A stretch of DNA of 64,000 nucleotides from contig CM060732.1 of assembly GCA_030704615.1 (NCBI GenBank), forward strand, positions 37,634,001-37,698,000, in the 5' to 3' direction. Below the pieces are notes generated by a model. The model had not been told where the DNA came from. It saw only the letters and a program-made list of their open reading frames with translations, and searched no databases. The first letter of the stretch is position 1; the number at the start of each line of letters is the position of its first letter. This stretch comes from Takakia lepidozioides (taxonomy: Eukaryota > Plantae > Bryophyta). This document shows, piece by piece, positions 17,001 through 29,500 of this stretch. Position numbers and translations under genes: made by a program.

Positions 17001-19115
17001 GTCCAGGTCCTTGAGGATCCAGGGGGAGAGAGAGCAACAGTGACTTCGATGAGAGTACATCAAATGTGTGATAAGCTTTGTGTGATACCAAATGTGCATG
17101 GCAGGCATTTACATCTGAGGCAGCCAGTAATTGAGATCCATGAAATTAGCAAGCCTTTATTTCTGACTCTGAAAGCTTTAAAACACCATGTGGTGTTGTG
17201 TTTGACTTCAGCATGCCAAGAAGGACATCAATGTACAGTTGAAAAGGGAAGCAGATTACTATGGGGATATAATACTTCTGCCCTTCATTGACCGTTATGA
17301 TCTTGTGGTAATCAAGACAGTTGCGATCTGCGAGTTTGGGGTATGCCCCTTTCCTCCTTTTTACTTGCTGTGTGTTGACTACATAGTTCAAAGTGTATTT
17401 CTTTACATGCCTCTGTTTCTTCACTGGCAGTGTGCACCGAACCTTAACTTTTATAGTGTGTGCGAGTGTCACTTTTGATTCAGCTGAGTGGTCATTATGT
17501 GGTTGTGGCTCTATTGGAGGTTCTTTCTCTAGTTGATCCTGACAAGTCAGTGTGCTTAAAATCAGTGGATTTAGTGGACGTATAAGGTCTTGTTACTCTG
17601 GGAACATCACTAGTGTTTAGTATGGAACTAGCAGGCAGGAAAACAGTGGTGCGAGAGGAGGTGGGTGGATCAAGGATTGTGTGACATTTAATGTACAGAA
17701 CCATTGATGAGATAGACTTCAAAGGAAGGTTGGATTCATTGGGGATATGCATCTGTACGAGTTATTTGATTATGACGAGATATCAAATGATCAATCTAAT
17801 ATACCATATTCCGCCATATTCCATTCTGTTTGTGGAGTCCCTTGTCTCCTGTTTTCACTGCTCTTGTGTCTGAGGCCTCGGTGGGTGGATTCTCTCACCC
17901 TTATCTGCAGGTTGCTAGCACAACTGAGACAAGCAACAGCATGCATGAGCTTATTTTTAGTTGAACCTGGGATTTGGGAAGCTTTGTGGAACTCACCAGT
18001 ATTGTATCACTGGCACCGCAGGTCCAGAATGTGACAGCAAAGTATATAATGAAATGTGACGATGACACATTTGTGAGAGTGGATAGTGTACTTAAGGAAG
18101 TGAAGGCCACCTCTGTGAGAAAAGGACTCTACATGGGCAACATGAATGAGTACCACCAGCCCCTTCGCACTGGGAAGTGGGCTGTCACTTTTGAGGTTGT
18201 CTCTTTACCTGTGCATGTTTGACAAGCAAGTAGGATATCTTTGAAGCTCTTCTTTAATGAAAAGAAGACAACAAGGAAAAGTAGAGGAGGTATCCGATTC
18301 CCTTGAGATTGGTAGCACTGACGTACTTCTCTGATTGCTGTAATGGTTGATCTTTCCTGCCGCATGAAACTGCAGCATTAGCTGAAAGTGTTTGGACCAT
18401 TTGCACCTGTGAACACAATCATTGACTAGGCATATCTTCTCCTTCCTTTTCCACACCCCACATTCTATTCGACAGTGGTGACTGCCATGTCTGCTCGAGA
18501 ACGCACTTTAAGCTATTTTTCGTCAATCATCGTTCTCATGATACTGGTTGGCTGTGTTAGGAATGGCCGGAGAGGATCTACCCAACTTATGCCAACGGCC
18601 CTGGCTACATTCTCTCAGAGGATATTGCACGTTTCATAGTGTCCTCTAACATGAATAACTCTTTGCGGGTGTGTCCACATTCTCCAGACTATTGAATTCC
18701 TTTCTTTTTGTCAACATTGATCAATCCCCACATTGAACTTCCTATAGATATGTTGTAAAGTTCCACCTTGTGTGTGCGTCGATAATGACTGTCTCATAGA
18801 AGGTCACTATCACCTGGGGACAAGGCCAATTAGCTATCACCTACATTTGCTCGGGGCAATCGATGACTAAATATCAAAGGGGGTTGTTTGGATGGTGTTC
18901 AGTTGTTCAAGATGGAGGATGTGAGTGTGGGAATGTGGGTGGGCCAATTTGGTACTGCAAAACAAGTGCCCCTGCAGTATGAAAACAATCTGCGATTCTG
19001 CCAATTTGGCTGTGTAGATAACTACCTGACAGCCCACTACCAGTCACCTCGGCAGATGCTGTGCATGTGGGAAAAACTCTCTACCAGTGGAGAGGGCAAG
19101 TGCTGCGACGTTTGA
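7191..19115 (+). CDS. GALT: Galectin-domain GT31 galactosyltransferase (hydroxyproline O-galactosyltransferase, GALT2-6-like)
   Basis: N-terminal TM anchor. Galectin domain [50 protein letters not shown]31 motifs [35 protein letters not shown] (17212-17340), [34 protein letters not shown] and [15 protein letters not shown]. The start ATG is inferred. Confidence 0.93.
11034..11074. repeat. (CT)n microsatellite at the LINE insertion site
   Basis: About 20 CT units directly visible, running into the left TSD. Confidence 0.9.
11085..14291 (+). mobile_element. 5'-truncated, frameshifted LINE (APE endonuclease + reverse transcriptase + C-terminal CCHC), possibly RTEX-like, in the GALT intron
   Basis: EN motifs [25 protein letters not shown] motifs [37 protein letters not shown]-terminal [18 protein letters not shown]. 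15-bp TSD TCTCTAGCTTCACTT at 11070-11084 and 14292-14306. The clade call is tentative. Confidence 0.92.
14307..14931 (+). mobile_element. 3' fragment of a second LINE family with (CATTT)n tail
   Basis: [33 protein letters not shown] is a typical non-LTR ORF2 C-terminus, followed by CATTT repeats at 14912-14931. Confidence 0.75.
14945..16035 (+). mobile_element. Stack of three short, diverged 3' copies of the first LINE family (~14945-15255, ~15495-15570, ~15575-16035)
   Basis: Each matches part of 13810-14291 (gaggctgagcc.aaagccc, cacacagcagattgatg, gccacaaggcta) and ends in variants of tgagtacattctctc. Confidence 0.8.
16344..17016 (-). mobile_element. Young 5'-truncated copy of the first LINE family in inverted orientation
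   Basis: Nearly identical reverse complement of ~13615-14291 (same ORF peptides in the track). 15-bp TSD ATCCAGGGGGAGAGA at 16329-16343 and 17017-17031. Confidence 0.9.
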
Positions 19116-19876
19116 TGACAGCACATGGGATAGTTGAATTTGTGAACAACTTGGCAGAGAGACATGGAAGAGTTTCTGATTCTAGAAAAGGTCTGGGCAA
19201 TCGTCACATCCATTGTGAGCTAGTCTAGCAGCTGCCTGGGGGGGGCAGACCCACTAATCGTGGTTCTTTCACGGCATTCAACCCTCCTCTCCAAAGATTT
19301 TGATACTGAGAATAGAACATATAAAGGCAGAAGGACTTGAGTGCAGCTTCATGATTTAGTCACCACTAAACTAGAGGCATCATATCTCTATACTTGGTAG
19401 GGCATACAACTTGAATAGATGAGTTTCCTACCCAGTTCAACAACAACTGCACCTTGTATGATAAATACAGCAAAGTTGTAGGATAGATCCATGTTCAAGC
19501 TTTTCCTAGCTTTGGGATCAGAGAATATGAAATTTAAATACAAGTTACTGAAGTTCGGTTTCACAGCCTTTGTACAGATTGCTTACTTTTGGATTGGCAA
19601 ACGCCAATGTGGTGTCATCATGTGGTTTTCCTTGGAGCTAGGGGTTTTCAAGGCTGGAGCACACACTTTTGTCATGAGGATATTTTTGACACTCCCACTA
19701 TAATGGAGTGCGTTCCCTCTCTTCTGCTGATATTAGTCCTTCAATTGTTTTTTCTACAGTTTCAAAAGTTTGTAGCGTGGATCCATCTTCAGATTATTTA
19801 AGAACTATCACTGCAAACGGAACTTCTCTTCCTCATCACACAATGTGTACTTCGTCTTTTCTTCAACCTGATTCCC

Positions 19877-22800
19877 TCATTTTATCTCACAAATAAGGCC
19901 TGGCCCAGTGCCATTGAAGAATTGGCCAGCCCAGGCATTGCCCACCTTGTCTATGTATGTTCCATCTCCATGCATCTTGTTATCCCTCCACCCTCCACTG
20001 TATGATGCCCCATTTGGCCACTTCACACCAATCGCATTCCCATGCAAGAGATATCATTTGACCATTTGAAGAATTTCCTTGATTTGAGCTCAATAGTCAA
20101 ATGTATTCTGGATGGTTTTGTCAAGGAACTACTTTCATAGGCATAAGGAATTCCAACAAGTGACTGAATTGTGTGAGCGTACCTTGTACATACCAATTCC
20201 CATGTAGACGTCATTGTCCCACTGGCCCTCATATGACGCACCACTGGCATACTTGAAACAGCCTACCAGCCCCCATGCCAACAGAGGCTCACCCTAAGTG
20301 TTCAACCACACAATCACAAATCTCTACTTTTCTCAAACTTACAATTAACACAGTGACAGATTTCCTTTTATAGTAGACACCTTCCAAAATGCCCAGGCAG
20401 GATCACCAGTTGGCTGCACAGTAAGACCCCTATCTACTGGTTTCTCTCCCCATTCCATCCCACCCCGTAGGCTACCTTAAGAGCCATTTTTTCCACTAGA
20501 AGATTGTACTCAAATTGACCTCAGGCTTTCAATCAAAACTTAATCATTGGGAGATGGTTTCACTGGTGTAGCAATGTCAATTGAGTTTGAAAATCCATGG
20601 ACAAGCTCTGAGGTTTCTCTCCCTCCCTTTATTTGTCTACAGTTACGAGGACCTGAATTCGTTAGTAAACACAGCAAAAGACCTTTTGAAGCTGGAATTT
20701 CATAGACTTGAGAAAAAAGTTCCCTGGTGTCACATTAGAGATCTGACAGTTTTTTTGGGAGGTCGCACACTAAACCATTTGATGCTAAAATAGAAATGCA
20801 TATGCGACCCCCGGGAGGGGTATGTGATGGTGCCATGGTGATCGTCTTCTAATTTCTTTGTTCATGTATTTGAGATTATTGTCAGTTCAGTCAAGATGCT
20901 CACTCTCGAATTCTCTTGCTCTCTTTGTATTCTCATCAGAGAGCGACCCTCTTCAGAACCATCAAGAACATAGTCCCCGTCCCTGCACCTCTGATCACTG
21001 ACTTTCAAAATCTTGAGACTGTGTCTAAAGCCCTTGATTGCTGGGCAGCTCACACACATCAGATTGATGCTTGTGTGAATTGCTTTTATCTGGGAAGCCC
21101 AAAGCAATTCTTTATACCAAGTTACGTCCCACTGGAGTGAGCCCCTCATAAAGGTAGCTTTTTGTTCTGCCCAAACTGGGCAGAACAAACTGGTCACAAG
21201 GCTACAACAAACAAGAGTACATTTATCTCCACCTCATGCAATAAATTTATTCTTTATTCTTTCCCTTGATTTGTTGCATGAGTAGGACACAACAGAAGAG
21301 GAAGAGGTTGACACCATCATATCTTCCGCCGGCCAAATCTTAAAGACGAATGAAGTTGTGCTATCACCGACTGCTGTCTGGACAAAAATATAGAAGGCCA
21401 CCACTTTGATTTTAAGGTAACTCTGGAATGAGTTTCCACAATTGTCATCCTCCTCTCTTCCCTTTTCTGCTGTCAAAACTGGACAGAGGATTTGCGGCCT
21501 CCAAGAAAAGTCTGAAAATACATCTCTTCATGTTGTGTACAGTAGGTTAGGTCCATACCCTGGCCATGCATCTTGTCATTTTGCCAATCCCCCTCGTAAT
21601 GATAACCTCCATCCACATACAAACCCTTCCCATGTCGCTGTCGATTTGGTTTCGGCTTCTCTGCCATCCCCCTCCACATGCAGGGTTCATCAAACTACAA
21701 CATCAACTCCAGTTCAATAATTTCCCAAGAAAAATAACTATCCCTATTCCTTACCAGGATAGCTAAAGCAGGGAAGTGGGGCTCTAAACCTTCAGTGCTT
21801 GCCCAGTATCATTATCGTCAACCTCCTCCAAAATATGTGCATACTAGAGGCTTACCCTGATCTGCTACTGCCTGACAGATTTCAAGATTATGCAAAAAAT
21901 AACCTAGACAACACACAGGCAAATTTATTGATTTTCTTGTCTCACTTGCTTTACACATTTGATCTTGTACATAGCCATCACAAAGATGTTCACATGTGGG
22001 TGAGAAAGTGAGCACATCCAAAGCTGAGGGTACAAACAAATAGCATGTGAAAGAGGATACTGCTAACTTCATCCAGCCAAACATTTCTTTCCGAGAATGA
22101 AAAAACCACATACACATATCACACCTGGCGCTGCTTCTGGGGCTGCATTTTCCGGGTTTGCACCAGCACCAGCCGCCAGTTTGTCTGTGGAGGCTTTCTT
22201 TGCAGGCGTCTTCTCCTTTCCTGCTGGCAGAAGTGCAGCCGCAACTGCAGCAGGTTCCCCCAGAGCTGGAGGCTTTTCAGGCGCAATTATCCAGTCGCCC
22301 TCTGCAGCCACCATCAATTTCTGATCCCATTATTCTGTTGAGAATTTTTCGCACAGAACAGAACAGGAAATTGGGGTGACTAATTAGGCTTTTCCCTAGG
22401 TGCTAACCTACTTAGAAGCCCCAGCCGATGGAAGAGAAACAGGGAAGAGCTAAGGGAGGAGTCACCTTACTGCTGAACCATGGTTACAAGCAAAATCCTC
22501 ACCCAGGCTCTTTAAGCACTTTGAAGTGCTGCTTAGAATGCCAACACATAAGAGAGTCCACACCATGATAGACCTTACTAGCTCTAGTCTAATTCTATAA
22601 ATACTTTTGGAAATCAAAGACTTCTATATAGTGCCCTTATTTGATTACTTGGCTCTACCTTTTGGGAATGGCTGGTTACTGTTATGAGACCACCACCCCC
22701 TCCCTCCCTCTGGAGCATGGCCTGAAATAAGTGCTTGTTGCTTACTAAGTTGTACACTACTGCTGGCTGAAAGGACCTCCCTTAACTCTCCTCTCTTTGC

Positions 22801-24135
22801 TAGTATGACCTGCTGCAGGGATGACAGCGATAACAAGTGTGACATGGTTTAAGACTGGGGTTCCACAGGGATTTTTGTTGGTTGGCTGTGATGGATTCCA
22901 CTTCACCTTCTTTTGTTGCAGGAAATGCTACTACGGGCAAGAGACTACAGTGCTTGTACCTACTTGAAAGTACACTGGAGAACTTCCTACTTCTATTGTT
23001 GTTTCTTTGGATATGAAAGTGAGGAGGCATATCTGTTTGTGAGAAGGGCCTACCTAGTGTGCATCTGTTTACCAATAAGAACACCTTAAAAACTGGTTTT
23101 CCAATAAGCATATATAATGGGAGGTATGGAGGCAGATGTGGGTAGAGGTAGTTTGATGTGGTGCCTAGTAGGCTGTCTGATGTCGTTAAAAAGAGGTAAA
23201 CGCAACACATTGTGTTCAGCGTTTTTCCTTGTCTAGCCTTGACATACTATGTAAAACTCTCTCTCTCTCTCTGGTTTCGTCTGGTCCGAACAGCAGATGT
23301 GCCAATCAACCTGTACCACCTATGGAGGTATTTTCCCAGTTATCTTGAAGTAGTTCGTGGTTTGTTCTAACCTGTTCGATGGGTCCTTGAATCCTCTGTG
23401 GAAAGTTTCGTTCTTTCTTGTTTGTATCAAGACTAACACAGCTTCAAACTTGATTAAGATTTTTTTCCCCTAACGACATGCTAATCACCGCAATTAACAC
23501 ATCGACGCTTGCAAGAATAGAGGGCGAGAGACAGAGCAGGCGAGAGGAGAGCCTTGAAGCAAGAGCATTACAGTACCCAAGGCGAGTAAGACATTAGAAA
23601 TCAGCAGCACAAAGGATACAACAACAAACAAAAGCAACTAAAGATCAAGAAAGGAAGCGAGACAAGAGCAAGCTACGAACCATAAGTCGCACCAGTTGGG
23701 TAATAGAACTTTCCCGTCCCCGATTGTGGCACTGCATTCCAGCCATCCCAACATCAATCCCTGGCATGTGTAGAAACACCCGAGGGATCACCTTCCTGCC
23801 AGCAATTCTATGACTATGAATATTGCGTCTAGGCCACCGGCACTCATTTCCCGACCATACTGCACTTCTTCCCCTCATCTTTCGCTTTTGATCGAAGCAC
23901 TTGCGTCGAGGGAAGGACAAGGCATGCCAGTGTGGGAGGGCAATTGAAGACATGGAAATTTTCTGTGAGATTGTGACTCCTAGTTGGTATCCATTCAAGT
24001 TATAGACTCCGACTCATCAAGCAATCGAAACTCTCTGCGAATTCCGGAAAAAGAGAGACCTGACGGTGGAGGGGGTTCGGCTGGCTCAGCCGCCTTGATG
24101 CTGGGCTTTTTGGCCGCATCCTTCTTGGGCGCCAT
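19877..24135 (-). CDS. MORN-repeat protein (MORN2-like), 6 exons, 209 aa
   Basis: Phase-consistent exons 24135-24060, 23731-23681, 22301-22125, 21660-21559, 20262-20183 and 20020-19877 give MAPKKDAAKK..GTGKFYYPTGATYEGDW..RQRHGKGLYVDGGYHYEGDWQNDKMHGQGCFKYASGASYEGQWDNDVYMGIGMYKWPNGASYSGGWRDNKMHGDGTYIDKVGNAWAGQFFNGTGPGLICEIK*. Confidence 0.88.
20915..21225 (+). mobile_element. Degraded 3' fragment of the first LINE family in a MORN intron
   Basis: [26 protein letters not shown], plus tail cacaaggctac..gagtacatt. Confidence 0.75.
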
Positions 24136-24743
24136 GCTGCTCTCCTGTCACATGTCACGGACACCTCTAACCACCGCTCCTTTGTTGAACAGAAACCCAA
24201 CGGTCTGGAGGCTGCTCTTGCCAGCTTTTGTTGGAGGGCCCAAGAGTCCAAGGCGATTCAGTTTAAGTAGTGGCTGCAAAGCTGAGAATGGGAGGCCACC
24301 ATGGTGGGTGAAGGAGACATCTCTTCCAATCAAACTTGGTAACACTAAGTATCTCAGAATTCAAAGCTTCGAGTTGACATGTAGCTGTTTCATTGCTGAT
24401 CCTGACCTTCTCAAAATTTGCATCACAGGAAGTTTGGTTTATATCTTACCTTAGTTGATTACTGAGACTCATCTAGTCTTGCCTGCCCTTTACTTTATTG
24501 AGGCTCTTGCAATTGTGACTGCTCATGACGATACTGAAACATTGGCAACATTGGCAAAGAGTGTCACACATCTCGTGGCAAGTTTGATCTGGAATACTTC
24601 ACACTTCACACCATGTCAATAAGAGAACCATTGTTGAACCTAGTCAACATATTACTGCAGATAGGTGTGAAGTACTCTATCAGGGTGTTGGGTGCTCTGT
24701 CGATATAACTGTGTCAAAGTGCAGTCAATTACAATTCACAATC

Positions 24744-26082
24744 TAGTGTTGTGCGGGTAAATAGATTTTTGCTTATCCTCAGGGTAAGGGTAAATAGAAA
24801 TCAGAGGATTATTTATCCTCCGGGTAAGGGTAAATTATTTATATGTCCCTTTATTTATCCTCCGGGTAAGGGTAAATTATTTATATGTCCCTTTATTTAT
24901 CCTCCGGGTAAGGGTAAATTATTTATATGTCCATTTATTTATCCTACGGGTAAAGGATAAAGGCCAATATTTTTGACCGGGTAAAGATAAATACCGGATA
25001 AGGATAAATGATTTACACTTTATATACCCACAGGGTAAATAAAGGATATATAGAAGGATATATAAACTTTTGGTTTGTTATGCTCAAACTCAAAAATTAT
25101 AACTAATTAAATTAAGGCAATCAATTTTTGTTTTATTTTTTGGTTTGGTATGAGGCTGATTGTATGAAGTTCTCCATGATTCTCCAAGCAAGATAGATTC
25201 ATTGGCCAAGAAGTGAAAAGAGGGGGACAACTGAATCATGGGCATTTTTAATTTTTATTTATTTTTCCCAAGGGCATAAAGCCATTTGGTTTATTGTAGG
25301 GAAAAAATTAAACCCTGTGATACATGAAGGTAAAGACACATCCATTGGATGAGGGACAAGCCCAGTCCGATTACTAGAGAGACAACTATATGGAATAGCG
25401 AGAGCCTAGAATTAACTAGAATAACCCGTGATCGCCGGGAAATGGCAAATGGGCGACCGTTACGGTCGAAGCCCATACCCTTCAATGATGATAAATTATG
25501 AATGCTGGAAATCGTATGCATACATAGCGAAATGACCCTTGTATGTAACCATCAGCCTACCCCCATTCCCCTACTTACGAGAAGCCAAAACAGTCGGAGA
25601 GAGAGGCGGAGCAGGGCGGTTGAATTACTTGTTGAATCTGAGCTTGATGGAGCTCTTTCCTGGCTATGGTTACGATCAAATTCAGTCATGGAACTTGAAG
25701 TGCGCTCCTGCCCTCCCAACATCTTTATAACTACCTGCACAAGTTCCGTTTTCGATTCCAAATGCTAATTTAAAAATAAAATAAAAAATGCTAATCACAC
25801 CATAGGCCACTCCAGCTCCCAAGAAAGGCTATAGTTTGTCATTTACCCTTTTGCTATTTACCCTCCTAAAACATATACTTACCCGTGGGTAAAGGGTATA
25901 AGGATATTATTTATCCTTCAGACGGGTAAGGGTAAGGGTATCTCAGATTATTTAACCGCCTGTAAGGGTAAGGGTAAAGGAAATGGGCCAACCCGGGTAA
26001 ATCATTTACCCTTACCCTGATTTACCCTCCGGGTAAATCCGGGTAAATAAAATCCAGGTAAATGATTAACAGCGCAACACTG
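24744..26082. mobile_element. Non-autonomous hAT-like element with terminal inverted repeats
   Basis: Left end TAGTGTTGTGC and right end GCGCAACACTG. GGGTAA/TTACCC subterminal arrays, including three tandem ~42-bp units at 24810-24940. No 8-bp TSD is recognisable. Confidence 0.65.
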
Positions 26083-26579
26083 GTCTGTACACGTCTTCAA
26101 ATTTTGCAAAATGGTGCCCACCAGATAGCCCACCTCCCAGTCCCCCAGCTCTCCCAAGGCCCTACCCAATTGGAGACCTTCCTCTCTTTTAGCTGGTATA
26201 TCCTCAATACTTTGACCTCTTGATAGAGATTTAAGTAAGACAACTTGGAATAATTTAGGGCCTCCATTTGGCAGCCAGCTCCACTTCATTGCTTCCAAAC
26301 CAGGACACTTTGGATGCATAATCCCCAAAAGGGGACTCACTTTCATTCACACCCGCTGACCTTACATTTGATTGGGTGACTTAATCCTTTTGTAATGCAG
26401 GTGCCCATTAGTGCCATGGATATACATCACATAGAAAGTCAGTTCAAATTTTAGTCCCTCCACACTTCGAACCTTACACAGATATGACACACTATCCTCT
26501 TATCTTGAGAGAGTAATGCAGCCACAGGCTGAGACACTACATGCCAGATCCCGCTGCCCATACATACACTATGCACAAC

Positions 26580-29500
26580 TTAGGTTGTAGTTTTCCGGCG
26601 GCCGACCCTGGCCACAAACCCAGCCTTAATGGGCGCCACTGATCGCGAGCATCCACACTGCAGCCACGACATCATTCATCATGATCTTGTATGACACAGA
26701 ATCACCAATTGCTCAAGATTGCCTACTGATGCTTCTTGACATCATGCTGTACTCGGCTTTACCCGTGGCACAGGAGTACCCACACATTAGGTGATCAGTT
26801 GACCAATGACCTACTGGGTAGGCTATGATGGGTGACATCCAACATACACCTGTATACTTTGAACCCATGACCGTTTGTAACACGGTCTAGTGCCCTAACC
26901 ACTGGGCAATCTGTTGGATGTTAGGTACTATTGTATAGACCCCCTGCAGCTTGTAACACAGTTCACAAGTAACAATCTACAGAAAAACATTACTTTCAAA
27001 CATACACAATATGATAAGGGTGATGTGATTGCATACCTGCTCACAGCGAAGGAAAAACAGACGATTTTCCTTGGACAAAATTGTGTCTGGACTCTTGCAA
27101 CCATTGCACATAACATACTCATCTGCACAAATATCCATGACAAATCAGCACACGGTATGTGGTCCACTATTGTGCATGAAAAGAAAATGATGATGTGAAT
27201 GAACTTTTTCTCTCGCTACCAGCAATATTGAAAGATATGAGAGACACAACAACCAACCTCAACTTCCCAGTTCCTATGAAGATTGAAGGATCCTCCAACA
27301 GTAGGAAAATTGTAGACCTGCTGGATAAATTCACTGGCTTTCATGAGTTTGACACCTCAAAGACAGGTCAAGAATAACAATGAGGCACTTACTGACATAT
27401 CGCCGCAGAATACCCTCGAAGACCTTAGGTGCAAACCGTCCTTTTACGACAAGCCGTTGCTGCCCATCCAGGGAGCCACTGGTCCCCAGCTCTGCCAGCA
27501 AGAAGGCCATGACATGCTCTGGTTGCCGATGCATTCTGTGAATACCAGAAACTCCCCCAAATAATGTCAAAAGACATGCCAGAAAATTACACTGCAGTCA
27601 CCTAAAATAGCTTCCGGTGATAAACAGAGACCCATCTGACTGTCAGAAAATAAGTTTGATCACAGCTCCATTAGGCAGTAGCACCCAGAAAACATCCTAA
27701 ATAATGAAGAGTGCAACACCCTTCAATATGCCCAAGGATGCAGCTGTCTTCCATGCTAGCTCTGCTACCATTCTGTGAATACAACGTTCCAATAAAATCT
27801 TGGAAAATGGGAGACCACAGAGATGCTGAACTTTACAGGAACCAGAAATTGTCTCCAGATATCAAAGTATCCAAAAAAAAAAAGCCTAACTGAAAGTAAC
27901 AAGTAGCATTATACAGGGCTTAACAAGAGCTCTATATGTCAGAACATCATTATGATACAAGTGTGCTGGAAACAACCACTATCCCAAAGCAATTGGAGAT
28001 CTAGAGAGGAAAGACCCATAGTACGTTTTACAGAGGTCCATGAAGTTCACAAAGACTGTTTTCTTGGTCCCCTCCCGAAGCACCTGGGGAGGCCTCATGA
28101 TGGTGCGACGCTTCTCTCCTGCTAGCTCTGGATTGTTCTCTCGCAATATATTGAACACACGTCCCAACAGCTGACCACACACCCTCTTACTAGATCAGTC
28201 TCCACACACCCAGACCACTCCCTTCCCATATGATCTGGTAAAGAGCTTCCTTAACAGACTCTGAAAGGCTACCTCCACTTCATTTTCTATATGTACTCCC
28301 ACTACCATTCTGCTATCCTGTCTCTAAGTCTGCACCAGGCAAGATTAAGAAGACCATACCCCCTACAGCCAACCACCAGGGAGCTCTCTTTCAAAACCAG
28401 CATACACTGAAAATTGAGGGTATACGAACCTCGTCATACTTGTAGTCACGATCAGAGCCTTCCCAAGGAAGCCTTGCTTCCAAGACAATCGCTTCTGCCT
28501 CCTCATCTTCTCCAAACTCTTGTTCTTCTTCGACACCTGTAGAGGGTTACATCAGTATCAAATAAGAATTTCTATTATAAACTAAGGAGGTCAGATTGGT
28601 GAACACATTTATGGAGCAAGATCTATGGCATCAGCTGACAAATACTCTCCATGCACATCCATGAACCTCAGGTGAATCATCGATTGGTCAACCCATCCTC
28701 TGCTAGCAATCAGATCCCAATCTTCTCCAAACTAAGTCTTATCTACTGAGAAAAGGAAAAAAGAAACTTCTGATTGCCCCGACATGTAGCAGTACTTGAT
28801 CATGAATAAACAACCTAAGAGTGTGGCATCAGTTGACAAAATTATCACTCATGCATGCAGCTCAGGTGAATCATCGATTGGTCAACCCATCCTCTGCCAG
28901 CAGTCAAATCCCACTAAAAGCTCTCTCTGACAAGTAGAACCCAAACTAAATCCCACCTACTGAAGACGGAGAAAAGGAAACTTCGAATAGATCTGCCAAA
29001 ATTAAAAAAACGTCACTGTATTACATCAGGCATGAACAACCTAAGAGTGGTGGCATCAGTTGACAAGATTATCACTCATGTATGCACATGGCATGCAATT
29101 CAGGTGAATCATCGATTAGTCTGAACATCCTTTGCCACGTAATGCTGTGATGCTACGGTTCATAGAATACGATTGATTCGCAAACTAAGAGCCAGTATTG
29201 CTACTCCAATGGACTTCCACCATGCACCCTTAATTAACAGAGATGAGAATCATTGCAGCCCTTGATGACTTTTAGGCATGTCATACTTGACAGACAAAAT
29301 AAACATAATTTATTTATGCCCAAATGTCACTCGTCCAGCAAACTTTGCTCAGGAAGTAAAGCTATCAGTGATAAATTCCTTCCCTGGAAGGAGTACATGG
29401 TTGTAATGAGCACATGCACAGCTCGAAGACAACATGTGTCATAAAGTAGCTTGCTGAATAAGAGTATTAGTAAGACCATCACGCTCTACAATACATATGG

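Noticed and set aside
23984-24454. 156-aa plus-strand ORF
   Set aside because: Antisense to MORN exon 1 and its leader; no independent evidence.
24810-24940. CRISPR-like regular repeats
   Set aside because: Contiguous tandem units with no unique spacers, inside a eukaryotic transposon end.
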